From Tricharina praecox (lineage: Eukaryota), in the NCBI RefSeq assembly GCF_024521635.1, contig NW_026250403.1, positions 1,488,001 through 1,552,000 of the forward strand: a DNA stretch of 64,000 bases, given 5' to 3'. Shown piece by piece: positions 12,958 through 25,838 of the stretch (its first letter is position 1; each line of letters opens with the position of its first letter). The position numbers and the translations under genes were made by a program. A model generated the notes under the pieces. It was given only the letters and a program-made list of their open reading frames with translations, had not been told where the DNA came from and ran no database searches.

Positions 12958-14169
12958 CATCGTTTGGATTTACGGTTTTACTGACCGGCGTAACTATACT
13001 CGAGCGTAGAGTGCTTTTCACCAGCTTGTCCACAAGCCAAATATTCTCGTCGATTTACGGTAATCATCCCCTCCACGAACAAAAACGCCAGCCAGATACG
13101 ACCGTAGGGAAACTGCCCATTACCCCCCATAACTAACGTTTAGACTCGCAGTTGCGTTAGCCGGCCGTACGTGAAAATTGTCTCCCGTCCTTTCCCGAGC
13201 CCGAGGTGACCGTGACAGTGAGGCCGAGGTGCGGATTGGTGTAACACAAGTTGAGGTATGTATCGTGGGCGACTTTCATGTGGCGGTATATAACTCGTTG
13301 CTATTGCATTCATAATCAAGGCTTCAATGGGCCGTCTGTGTCTTTGATCCAACTTCCAAGATTCATGAGTAGGTGAAATTGTTTCAGTGTTCCGTGTCTC
13401 CCCCAGTACGGATGTCGGGCCCGATGCGCTGGCTCCTCGTGCTTCACATATTATCTGTGCTCGGTAACTCTCCAGTATTGAATCTAGTCTTTTATTTGTT
13501 TTTGTTTAATCGTTAATTGCTTGCGACCTACATTTGTAGACCATAGCAATACACACCCCGCCTCCTAACTACAGTCCAACCAACTTTCGTCTCTCGGCCT
13601 GATGAAGCTCCCACCGCCCTCCGACCCGACCTTTCCCCAAGTAAATATCGAATCTGGCTTTTTCGATAACCGCAAATTCTGCCATACTGCATCATCTCGA
13701 GTGACGACCTATGGCCGACCTGCAGTTCCAAATTCCAAATTCCAATCGGCCATATGTAATATGTAGTGTGACACCAGCTGACCTGAATCGCTCCAGCTGG
13801 CAAATCCCGACGCATCCGTAGCCATGTGTTTACGCGCACGGCCTAATTTAATTAATTATTTTATTTTTATTTCTGCCATTTCTGTTCTGCATTGGTATTC
13901 GACGCGCGAGCCCAGTTTTTACTCATTCACTCACTCACTCAATCAATCAGTATTTATCCCCCTGAAGTCGATACTGAGAGTGCGCCGCCGGATTCGGCTT
14001 TCGTACTCCCTTCCAAATCCCAAATCCCAAACCCGCAACAAGCGGCCGCGGGCGGACCGACTCGGATTGTTGATTGTTGTTGGAGCTTGAGCAACGACAT
14101 GTACCGTCTGCACTGTATGTGGCTTTTTTTGGCGGATGCGGGCGGATGATCCACTCTTCTCTTCTCCAA

Positions 14170-14556
14170 TAGAGGGATTTTGCAGTCGAGTTGGGGATGT
14201 AAGTTGGCTACGATATTAGTGCAATTTCCCGTGTCGAACCCAAACTTCAGAAAAAGAGGTTTTGCAAATCCCGGGTTGGGGATGAGGATAGTATGGCGCT
14301 ACCAATGGGACTTACGCAAGCCAAGCTCACCATTTCAACGCTATTCCTCTGCCATTCCTTATGTGCCCTAGAAGAGCATGTTTACTATTCCCAACACAGC
14401 CAACTATAACTTTTTAGCGGTGATTACAGGTTCGGGTTGCAACGCCAACCTGTGGAGTTTGGGATGTGTTGTGGTTATGTAAATTAACCGGTTGTCCCAG
14501 TTAAACCCCATTTCTCATCCCAAACTCGATCCCAAACCCGTTGCAAAATCCCTCTA
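14170..14556. mobile_element. Non-autonomous TIR element (MITE), 387 bp
   Basis: TAGAGGGATTTTGCA at 14170 and TGCAAAATCCCTCTA ending at 14556 form a 15-bp perfect inverted repeat that extends imperfectly. Recurrent internal CCCAAAC/GTTTGGG/GTTGGG motifs. Confidence 0.75.
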
Positions 14557-14794
14557 ATGTATCGTCCATCGTCGCAGCAAGGCGGCGAGGGCGGTGAGGG
14601 ACGAGGGCGGTGAGGGACGAGGGACGAGGGAGCCAATTGGTCGAAACTTGAAAGACATTTACATTTATCCTGGGGTGGGAAAAGGATTTCGCTAAATATG
14701 AGAATTAGATTGTCAGACCGACCGATCTGGACGGTGGAAATGGCACCGCTGGACTTGGGACTCGGGAGGGCGAGTATAATTAGGCCCTGCAGAG

Positions 14795-16021
14795 TAGAGG
14801 TCCTCAAACCTTGCTGGGTGACCTGGCCGGCTAGGTGATTAGGTGTTTCTATTGGTTTGGCGATCTTTCAGGTTTCCCGGCACCGCTATGGTTGGGGACG
14901 CCTATAACCGGAGTAAATTGCGACATTCATTTTGGCTGACAAATCACGAGTGATTATAGTGTGTCTACGCCAAAAATGGGGGTTAATAACTGCGCCGCAG
15001 GCAATTTTTCGAACACAGAGCAAGTAATTTTCGTAATTGTGAAGATTTTTGGGCCGTATGGCCCCCAATTTTGACCTATTTGCGTGTGTTCTGAGGAGGT
15101 CCAAGTCGAATAGCACTCATGCGCGAGCTCAGTTGGGGTGAGCAAGGATCAATTGGCGCTAAGGCTTGAATACGGCTCATTATCCGTCACTCGTATTATC
15201 GCTTTATGAAATTAAAAGAGCGCTAGAGCCTTAGTGCATGCTATTGTTTGCGACATTCCCAAATCCTCCCCATACAAATTAGTTTTTTTCAACCCGCTTA
15301 AATTAATTCACCACGCTTTGTATTTTTATTTCGCTTCTATAGCGACCTACTTTAACCCTTCCTCTATCATGCTATAGAGCTCTTTTAATTTTACTGGGTG
15401 TTGTGCTCCAGCTCAGAAAAAGTCGTCTGGGTGACTTCAGGAACTCTAGCTCGCCTCTAGCCCGCCTTTAGTTTGCCGTAATGGGTAGGTGGGTTGTGAG
15501 TAGTTTCCGGGATTAAGAACTAGTGTATCTACAAGAAAATTTGTGCTTGAGTTGCCTGATACTCCAACATCCGCGCGCAAACTCCATTTTCGAACCCGAT
15601 GATGGCGAAGAGGATGTGCAACTCAGCAAGCGACGGAGTGTTACACCCAGCAAGCTGGCGATATACCTCATACACATGGGAATACATTAGTATCGGTACA
15701 GATACCATTGGCCTTAGACTATTGGCAGTTGCCCAGGAAGCATTGCAAGAGTTAATCAACTCGCACAGTTGGAGTCATTCAAGTAATGACTCTAGTCACC
15801 GAGCAGGATTGACTCCAGTCAGCGGGCAGGAGGACTGGGTGGTGTAGAAAGGGCTCAGAAGTCAGGGATGTACCCTGGATGTACTCGGAGCTACTCACCT
15901 GGCCAGCCCCGCAGGGCAAGGTCCTCAAACCCGAATTTCATGGCTGGACATCGTTATTGGTCAATCTTTCTTGATGGGTTTCCAGCCGGTCAGATCACCC
16001 GGCAAGGTTTGAGGACCTCTA
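14795..16021. mobile_element. Internally deleted DNA transposon, ~1.2 kb, with ~40-bp TIRs
   Basis: TAGAGGTCCTCAAACCTTGCTGGGTGACCTGGCCGGCT at 14795 matches the reverse complement of 15984..16021 (TAGAGGTCCTCAAACCTTGCCGGGTGATCTGACCGGCT) with 3 mismatches in 38 bp. An internal partial TIR copy lies near 15919. Confidence 0.8.
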
Positions 16022-16791
16022 GTATGTAGGCTGTCGACCCTCGAGTGTAAGTAGACCTGGGAAACGCGGGTGGCGGGCTGTTCCGCGGCTATTCGTGGAA
16101 TGTCAGCTCCGCCCTTCACCGGCGTGACAGTTTGTAGTACCGTAGGGCTCCGTCTTCCCTCTGCTGTGCGACTCTAACTACTGGGGACCTAGATGAAATC
16201 AGGGTTTCAGATCTCGAGTTTTCGGAATTTGTTTTGGAAAAACGGTCCTTGCTTGGCCAGTATAGACGCAGAGATCTGCCCTTGTGTATGACCGCGGCAG
16301 TTTATGGGAACCATTCGCCTGTGTGTAGTGTAGGATGTGGGACAAATGTCGGGTTCGAACACGAAAGCGACTCTTCCGAGGACATCGAAGATCCGCTCTT
16401 GTCGCAGGTCCGCCAGAAAGTTTTGATTTGGCCTGGGTAGGCGTTGTAGGGCACTTGGTTGCATGTACTGCGTGCATGCCCCTATTATTTCACCGTGTGC
16501 ACTGTGCACAATATGTTGGGTGAGATTATGCTGCCTTGTGGAGCTGTATGCATACCTGTATAACTTCTCGTGAACAAGATGCCTAAGTATTGTACAATAC
16601 ATACTCATTACCACCGGTCCGGGTGGAGTTTCGGCTGCTGCAGTTGGTGACAACAATGCCACACGTAACGTGGGTATATGTAGCTGCAGCTCTGTAGCCT
16701 TGTCAACATAGGTACATACAGCTAAGTATGGTCGTATGGCGAGTGAAGGGAATAGTAAGCAGTATCTATATAGTACTCGGGTGTAAGGGTA

Positions 16792-16943
16792 AGTGCTGCC
16801 TCACCAGGTTTTCCCCCATACAACTTAGCGTTTTTCCCCCACACAACTTAGTCACAACCACTCACTCATTTCATTATATCTGGCTTAGTGCGCTCCCAAC
16901 ATAGACTAGTGCTTATAATTCGTAATGTTGGTGAGGCACCACT
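16792..16943. mobile_element. Small MITE, 152 bp, TA-flanked (Tc1/mariner-type signature)
   Basis: TA|AGTGCTGCCTCACCA ... TGGTGAGGCACCACT|TA is a 15-bp TIR with 1 mismatch. An internal direct repeat TTTTCCCCCA(T/C)ACAACTTAG occurs twice. Confidence 0.65.
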
Positions 16944-19613
16944 TATTGGCAGCTCCTGGTACATACCCAGCTCTGCACTCGTTCTGCGGATAGCTACCGG
17001 TAGGTATTGTACTAACTAGCACCTACATATTTACCGATAACCATGTGGCTGCTATGGCCCCTTTCTCATCATTCGTTTGTGGCGCGGGCCGGGCAAAGGA
17101 TGACATGCAGAGTTCATCTGCTGCATGCACTGCATTATGGACCATGGCTGCAGCGGCAAGATCACGGGTATTGGCATATTCGTGTATGTAGTAGGTACAC
17201 TACAGTACCGCAGTCAACCATGAACGGCCCACGGGCCCGTGGACACTCGCCAGCTTCGTCCTGCGCATCAGCATTCCTCCGAAGTTGCGCGGCGGGGGGT
17301 GGGGTGGGGTGAGGCGAGGCCATTCACTTCCAGCTGTTGACGATCGAAGTTGTAGTTATGTAGGCGCTGCGCAGAACACAACGAGGCGGGCGGCAGCTGT
17401 TGGACTCGTGGGTTATTGGCCCCTTCGTAGCGCTGGATGGACTTGAAACCGTCAACTGTACTAGTACTAGCAGTTAGCCCTGTGTGCATGCTATACGTGC
17501 CCTGGATCATGGTTGCATCCCGCCTGGGACGTCTGATGTGTGCCTGAAGATATTCCTTGCCCGAGGACGATGCATCCGCGATGAATGGCGATGACAGGAG
17601 GACGAGGGGGAGGGGTGTGAGGCAGCTCATCTCATTTCACCGTTGTCAGCAGGTAGTCGAGGCCAGCCAATCACAACTGACCGCAGAAAGGGACGTTCGG
17701 TTTCCATAGAGAAGGTAGGTAGAGATGTAGGTAGCTTCCAGGCTGATATCGTCACGGCTAAGCCGTTTTTTCTGCTTTTTCCTCCCCTTCCTTTCTTTTT
17801 CTTCGCGCTGTCTTTGCATCATGAATATTCATCATCGCGCAAAGCGAAAGCGAATGCAATAGTGAAAGTGAAAGTGCTAATTCCGCTGCCAACCGGCTCG
17901 AGTCTGGATCGATCGATCCAGTGACCAGTCGAAAGTAATGTCGATACTCCACCAACGCACAACGTTAAATAACTGACCGAGGTATCTACTCACTTATCTA
18001 TAGATGTATCCACTGTCCAGAGCACAACCACGTCTGTCCGCGTAATAAGACCCAGCAAGCCCGACAGCTGCAACCGCGCCACTTCGCGCCCTCGGTCGGT
18101 ATACATGTGGAATGGTGTAGGCCCTTTGCATAGGTACATGCCATCCGACTTCCCACATGGTATGTATGTCGGCTGGAATGGATAATAAGAGGCAGAAGAG
18201 GCTTCTTCTTCTTCCTCTTCTTCTTCTTCCCAAGCTGCGCTCCGCCTTCCGCTCATCTATCGCCTCGCCTGTCCCAGCCATATCCCCCAGATTCCGCATC
18301 TTTCGATCCTGACACGACTCCGGCCGGAACTGTTCTGCAATCAATCACTCAATCCACTCGTCCCCTTGCCTCTGCCTCTGCTTCAGTCCCGATACCTGGC
18401 TCAATAGCACCGATCGATAATGCTCGTTGTTTCGCCTTGATATTCTTCTCGACATAGCAAGCATATCCCGCCATCTCCCCCCAATCGCACAGGCAAGCAA
18501 TCCGAACAACCGTCGATCGTTTGGAATTCGCGAAGTTCCACTGGACAATCTGAGACCGGAATCCCCCCACTCCCCCCTTCTCATATCCTCTTGTAGGTTG
18601 AGACCGTGCCGACTTCCTTTTACAATTGCGCCCCCCGTCGTCGCCGCAATTGGCGTCACTTGGTCAGAGGACATATCATCATCCGTACTCCGCTCCTCCC
18701 CTACTCATCCTTCACTACCCGACCCGACCTGCCCAAAGAGGCGCAGGTGGTGGTAGATCTAGTTATCACATACTACTAGAGCAGTAGTAGCATCTCGAGT
18801 CTGGTCCGGCGTGCGTGGTATATCGAGACTCGACCAGTGCGAAAGAAGAAGAAGAAAGGAAAGAAAAAGGGCCGGCCAGAAGAGAGATAGAAGGAGAGAA
18901 AGAGAGAGAGCGCCGGGACCGAGACGGAGGGACAGACCGAGTGAGGGCAAAAGACAGAGACGGAAGCAGACGCGCAGGCGCGGAGACGGAAGCAGAGACA
19001 CACACAGAGAGAGAAGCCTAATCAGCTCAGCTCTAGTGACGCAAGTGAAACCCCGAGGTACGATGATGTTATGGACCCAGCTGTGAGGTCGGTCGGTCGG
19101 TTGGACTTAGGGACTAAAAAGAAGAAGTGAAATCCGCAGCGTGGCCAATACGGTAATCGACGTAAGTTTTGCAGCCAGGCCATCACTTGCATCCGCCCCA
19201 ACTGTTGCTGCTTCTCAGCTTCAGGGGTTCCCGTGCGTGGCCCGGGCGTTCAAAAGAGACAGAGAGAAAGAGAGAGACAGCTCTCAGAGAGAGAGAAAAG
19301 AGAAAAGAAAAAGAAAATACAAAATACAAAATACAAAAAAAAACGAAAAAAAAGAGTCCACCCTCTCCGTTGGTTCTAGCTCCCTCTCCAGTCAAATCAT
19401 CCTTCATCTCCAAAATCGCTGATAACCCACAGAGTTCCATACCGTCCGCCTGCTGCCCAACACCGAGAGGTCAGGTCTCAGGGGGTAGTTAGAACGAATA
19501 TCTGTGTAAGCCACGCTATCGTCGTTCCACCACTCACGTTCTTCGGGCCCCAACGCCCCCGGAAGGAAAGACCCAGCTTCTACCCAATTGAGCCCCAGCG
19601 AAGTCCGAAGGGA

Positions 19614-22600
19614 ATGGTGCGCTCAAGCCGAGTCCCTCCACCTACAGCAGTAGCGGCAGCATCCTCATCTTCGTCCTCTGCGTTCCCCTCATCGCAGCCG
19701 TCATCCACTGACTTTCATCATCACACCCCGCAGGGACCTCCGGGGTCCACGGCCGATCTTGGAAAATCCAACAACCCAGCGCCTTTCCAAAGGGGACTGC
19801 CGGAAGGCTGGAGTCTGCCAGAAAGACCGCATACGAGACAGGCAGGTGAGAGCAGTCGAACACCAAGGGGACCGCATCGCAGGACTTCGAGCCTCGTATC
19901 CAGCAACACCACCACCACCACCACACGGAGCAGCTGCGTCGACCTTGGCCGCACTCCAGCGATCGCTACAGCGACGACTGCCGTGAAAGCCCGGCCGGTA
20001 TTGCATGTGAATCCCAAGAGTGTCTCGCGTACCAGTCACTCCGTGTCATCCTCGCCTCTACGACGGAACCCGCACCCTCCGAGCACCAGCTCTTCGAATA
20101 CGACGCCATCGTCTGCTACTGCTGTTGCCGTTTCAACTGACAGTTACCTCTACTGGAAGCAGGTACCAGCTCTGCCGGTGACACCATCGTTGCCTCCCGT
20201 TCTCCCAGACCTTAATCTACCGCGACCCGAAAGCGACGATTTCTCGAAAATCCCGGGAATCACGACATCGCCTCTGCTACCACCGTACCAGGAAGAAAGC
20301 ACTCCTAGGACACACGCGAAGACCGAGCCTACACCGCCGCCGCCTCCACCGCGCGTTCAGCCGGGTTCTTCCACGCCGAGTCACGTTAGAAGCGGATCGC
20401 GTAATAGATCACAGTCTCAAAAGGCCATGTTGGGATTCGCGCTGGAAAAAGCCCATACGGCGGTCACCTTGGACAATGCGGGGAACCTTGAAGGGGCCAT
20501 GGAGGCCTATCGTGATGCTTGCGCATTGTTGAGTCAGGTCATGAACCGGACTGGCGGGGATAACGACAGATCAAAGCTTCAGGCAATTGTAAGCACCTCA
20601 GTAGATCATGCTTTTAGGAGTTGGGGACGTGGCAAAAAAAAAAGGGAGAGGAGAATACAAGGCTTGAAATCGAGGCGTGATTGTGAATGCTGATTGCGAT
20701 TTTCGAACCAATAGAAGGATGCCTATATGGAGCGGATGAACGAGATACGAGCAATGCCGCCTCTTCCACATAAGGAGTATGAACGGAGTCTTCCTCCGCG
20801 CCCTGTGACGGAAGAGTTCACGGATGGCGCCAGCTTATACACTGTTGAAGACGATGAATCGACTCTTGTGCCTTCCACTGCACCCTCGATAGACGATCGT
20901 TACGGCAGCCCTATACGAACGGCGGTGCCGCCGCGGCGCGATTCCTTGTACACGAGCCCGGATGGTGTGTCGGAAGAGCGTTCGCATCCTCCTCCGCATC
21001 CTCCTCCTCTACCGATGTCACGCAACATAATGGCGCATAATTTCGTTCCGGCACCATTGTCGCCTGTGCGGTCGATTCGCTCACCGGTATTGGAACCTGT
21101 ACTGGAGCCAGAGCATGACCTTGGGTTTGACATGGGGCTTGGTCAATCTCTACCTGTTCCTGGAAGCAGGGAGTCATTCACATTCGGTGCTGCCGCTCTG
21201 TCGCCACGGTTTTCTCCGAGGAAGGCTGTGGATTATGGCATCCAGCGGTCATCGTCCGGCGCCTCCTCGAGATCTTCCAGGTCATTGATGCAAAGCCATT
21301 CGCGACAGGCGAGTGAAGAGGTTTCAACGTCGTGGCTGAACACCATTGATGAATCTGGCAGCTCTGTTGGCGAGCCATCGCCTCTTTGGACCAGGAAGTC
21401 GGTTTGTTCACCGGAGCCAATAGGTCCGGCGGATAACCTGGATGACGATTTCGACGCGCAACTCGACGCGGCCGTTGAGGCGGCGTACGACGAAGGATAT
21501 GTGATCGACTATTCCTTCGAAGATACAGATTTTATGCACCAAAGCCCGCGGGAAAACCTTGAAAGTGCGAAAGAACGGGTACGGCAGGTGGAACTCGAGA
21601 TGGAGTTGGAGATACAGAAGGAGAGGGAGAGGCGCCTGAGGATTGAAAAGGAGCGGATGTTCATCAAGGCAAAGAGGGAATCGGATGTCGATTTCTACGA
21701 CGACGCCGATGACGACGAGGAAGATGACGAGGACGACGATTCCGAGGAGGAAAGAATGATGGTCGAGGAGATGACCAGAGGGTACACTCTGGACTTCGAT
21801 TTCGATCTCGATACGAAGACGGCTCTACCCCGGGAGTCAACCTCTACGCAGTTTTCGGACGGGACGTTGGCAAGAGGTTCTTCGTCAAGTGGCTATTCAT
21901 CGGGCACTACATGGAATTCCGGGCATATGACTACAAGCATGTCTTTGACAACAGTTGATGAGACTCCAACGACTCCTCCACCATTGCCCCCTCCTGTCCC
22001 ACCGGAGGATTTAGAACATTTAGATATTGGCCCGTCGCCAACCATGCCTCCACCTCCGCCACCGCCGTCAAACGGAATCAAACACCCAATTATTGCTCCT
22101 GGGTTGGCCATAACTGGGCCTGCCGAAATTGCACCTGGGATTGACTTACCCAAACCGACTGGAATCACCCCCGGACTGACCGTAAACAAGGCCATCGGCG
22201 TGCGAGGCCGCAGACTTTCAAACCTGTCCGAGCCTGTGGAACCGCTCACGATCGAGACTTCAAGCACATCCAAGTTGGCGACCATAGACACGAAGCCAAT
22301 TCCCACCACCGTGGTACAGGGGCCATCGCCATTGGCCACTGCAGCAACAGAACAGCCACCATTACCGCCAATCCAACCGTTGAGCATCCCCCCAAAGTCA
22401 CCCTCGTATGATGCTTCTAGGCCTGGTACATCTCACGACCAGGACACCGACACCGATGCTCCCCTAACAATGAAAGGGGGCAGGCCGCTATCGCCCCCTA
22501 TTCACGAACATGGCGGGTTTTCGACAGCACCCCTGCAGAAAACTTTGTCCAACGAAATCGCGATGGCATCGGGGCCCGAATCACCGGCCCGGATAGGGTA

Positions 22601-23829
22601 CACCCCAAAGATACCCGGGATTCCTTCGTTGCGGCAAATCCACTCCTCGGCCAGCTTGCGGAGTAGAAATCTGACAAGTCCTGAATTCGATGTTCCCAGT
22701 ACTCCAAAGAGTAGTCTGTTCTCATCTTCAAGCACATCCAACCTCCGCAAAGGCTTCCCTCGGTCGGTAACGCCCGGCAATCCTAATATTCCGATGACAC
22801 CCCTTTATCCGCCGCAAACGGCTGGTCTTTCTGGTAGCGGAATGGGCCTTTTCGACAGCAAGATGCATTCCCCAACCATGCCAGCCAACGGGGCCGATCT
22901 ATCAGGACCAGCTCCTCTAGAGCCTTGCCCTCCGGAACCTCTGTCTCGGCCATTCTGGCTGATGCGCTGCCTCTACCAAACGATTGCCCACCCTCACGGC
23001 GGATATGTCTCGACGAAACTATTCGTTCCGCGAGAGGTGTGGTACATCAAAGGAGTAAAGATAAAGGCCATCGATGACAAGATCAATGCCTGCGACCTGG
23101 TTACTGCCGCGTTACAGAGACTTGCGAACGTCAAGCAAGAGCAAGTCAATTCCGTGTTCGAGGAGATGCAGGCCCTAGAGGGCGTATTGGACCGTGCACA
23201 AGCGGTGCTGTCAAAGAAACTTGGGAACGAAGTGGGTGGCATCGGCGCGAGGTCGCTATACGGCGACAGTTCGACGGCCGAGAGCAATGACAACATGGTG
23301 ACCACGAAGGTTGGGAATGCCGGTGGCGGCGGAAAGTATTTCTCGCTCAGGAAGTTACGTACCAAAGCGTCAAGCAATGGTCTAGGCTCGACTTTTGGCG
23401 GCTCGGGGTCCGCGGCGAATGGTGAATCGTCGTATAGCGGCCTGCCGATGGCGGGTGCTGGCGTAAATACTTCTTTGCAGCCGAAGCGCGATATAGACCA
23501 GGTGACGTTTGGTGGGCCACAGGCGAATTACATTGCTGCTCTGGCAAAACTGTTTGACTCGGCTCAAATCTTAGGTTTGCAGCCTCCGTCCTATGGATAG
23601 ATAGGTATAGGGAACTGTCGCTAACGATACCCGAACAGATCGCTTAACGGTTTTTGACGAAGCAGCGATGCCGCAAAAAATACCCATAAAACTACGCATA
23701 GGCTTGGAGCTGAGCCATCGGCATGCCGCAGAGTTTTTTGGCTTTTACATTTGTCGTTTCGTTCTGGCGGATGTTACGCTGCTCCTCGACAAGTTCGTCA
23801 AGAGGGGCGGTGAGTGGGTCTCGCAGTAA
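19614..23829 (+). CDS. Large MIT-domain protein with long Pro/Ser-rich disordered region and conserved C-terminal domain
   Basis: QKAMLGFALEKAHTAVTLDNAGNLEGAMEAYRDACALL is MIT-like. C-terminal RPFWLMRCLYQTIAHPHGGYVSTKLFVPREVW and FYICRFVLADV. Introns at ~20589..20713 and ~23575..23638. Confidence 0.85.
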
Positions 23830-25010
23830 TGTATCGCCACTCGTCGCCATTTTCTGCCTCCGAGACAGTTCTCGGCCGTCCGTGCTTCCGCGACAGTTCA
23901 AGACGTGGTCGCCGCATCGATGATGCAGCACTCGTCTTGATGGATGGAGAAGGAGATGGAGAAGGAGAAGGAGCAGGTGACGGAGAGGAGAGGAGAGGAA
24001 GGGAGAGGAAGGGGGCGGGCGAGGCGGTATGTATTGTACCTATTATACCCTAAGAGCTTCTTTCGTCGCCATGGACGCATGTATCGTTTGTTTCCTGCGG
24101 CGTCGGCTTGGGGCTTGGGGCTTTCCCTCTCCAAATCAGCCTTTCTTCTCATTGCATTCTGGATTGGAGCGCGCTTCATATGCTCTGTCATTGGCAAGAG
24201 CTTGTACTGTAAGATGGCGATGATGGGGGTGAATTGTAGCTGGATGAGATGGTTGGTTGGATGGATGGGCGGATGGATGGTGAAATTTCGGTGCATATTT
24301 TTGCGGGGGTATGGGCGTGACGTGTGCTTTTTTTCTTTTCTTTTCGTTTCGGGGGGTTTTCATTTTTTTATCTTTCGGTAAATATCCTTTGACGATGCGA
24401 TCCGGATACCAGGGTCACATCACATCACATTGTTTTTCTTTATCCGCCTGCAGTCTTCCTTCCTTCCTTCCTTCCTTCCATCCTAGGGGAGGGGGGCTTT
24501 TGGGATTCTTTTTTTTTGGCATTTTCTGGTTTTGTCTGGTTTTTTGTACTGAGATATCACGGCACGGGTAGAATGGGGGGTTTTTGATTTGAATCTTGTG
24601 CATTGTGCACACTCGTATTTAGTGTGTACGGTGCCTACGCCATGGGCGTGGTTGCGTGGTTGCGTGGTGAAATTGGAGAGGTGGAGAGTGAGGCGGAGAG
24701 TTGGCTGAGGGTGTAATGGTGTAATGGGCGAGACTCGAGGGTGCTCCGTCTCCCTGCTGTGGATGGAGGTAGGTATTCTCGAGGAACTTCAAGGTGGCGG
24801 TGACGCCTTTAGACGTTGCTACGGTATCTGCGTGTGTACTCGTACACAACATACATGTAGATCTACAGTACTCTACTCTTCACAGTACGTGTAAGTAGAG
24901 TACTCATCCCTTCAGTCCCGGCGAAGATCAATCGACCAATGCACTGCAGTGGGAACGGGTGAGTTGATCTGACAGCCAACACATGTCATACATATCAAGT
25001 TCCTGGCACC

Positions 25011-25049
25011 TGCGCCCAGCTCGCGCCCAGCTGGCGCCCAGCTTGCGCC
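25011..25049. repeat. 11-bp tandem repeat, ~3.5 copies (NGCGCCCAGCT)
   Basis: tgcgcccagc-tcgcgcccagc-tggcgcccagc-ttgcgcc seen directly. Confidence 0.8.
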
Positions 25050-25838
25050 TTACCCAAACAAGGGATGGGCCTGTTGATCTCCCGCGGAACTAGAGTAGAG
25101 CAGACCATCGCCAGACGCCAGACTTTGTGGCTGGCCGCTGGCCATCACCATGCCATGCTGTCTTCGGCATGGAACAGGAACAGGAACAGGGTGCTCCAAG
25201 ACCTGCTTCCTTCTTACTGTGACGACTATGTATGCGTAGAGTACGTGTACATAGATGGCGTCTGACGATCTGACGAGCGCTCGCTTCCGTGGCGGGCGGG
25301 CGGCCTGACCTGGCGGGCGGGGGGCGGGGGCGTTGCGTCGGCCCCCTCCGAGCCATCCATCGATGGCGACTTTGGCGAAATCGCACCGGCAGCGCTCCCA
25401 TGCGCTCCCGTTTAGGGCAACCAGCTGTGCGAGTGTCTCCCTTAGGCTTCACGGAGTCGGCCCACCATCCGTCACCCGCCGCACCTATGTATGTAAAGTA
25501 GTTCCAGAACATCTCCCAAAGCGGCCTAATCTTGGGTCCGTGCTCGGCCGGTTCCTGTTTGTTTCCTGGCACGGGCTCTCGAGGCGAGGCCAAAATTTTC
25601 GGCTCACACGGTCGATGCCCACCCACCCAACCCAGCACGCCATCGGACCCTAACAGTAGGTAACTGGAAAGAATTTTCGGGCCTGGATTGCGTGCTCGCG
25701 TGCTCGTGTGGTTTATTAGATGTCCGACTCCCCGTGGTGGAGGCGGCCGACTCGGACTTGAAGCTTTCGTCGATTCGGTTCTCTATATACGCCCCAAGTT
25801 TCTGCATAGGTAGCATTCGTTGGATCAAAAAGAACGGG

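Noticed and set aside
16199-16662. Overlapping 92-151 aa ORFs between MITEs
   Set aside because: No recognisable domain in any frame. The zinc-finger resemblance is superficial.
18759-19492. Arg/Lys-rich ORFs upstream of the MIT gene
   Set aside because: They derive from (GA)n and A-rich low-complexity sequence.
25720-25813. uORF upstream of the MUP1-like permease
   Set aside because: A TATA-like element near 25782 suggests the transcript starts downstream of this ATG, and there is no transcript evidence.
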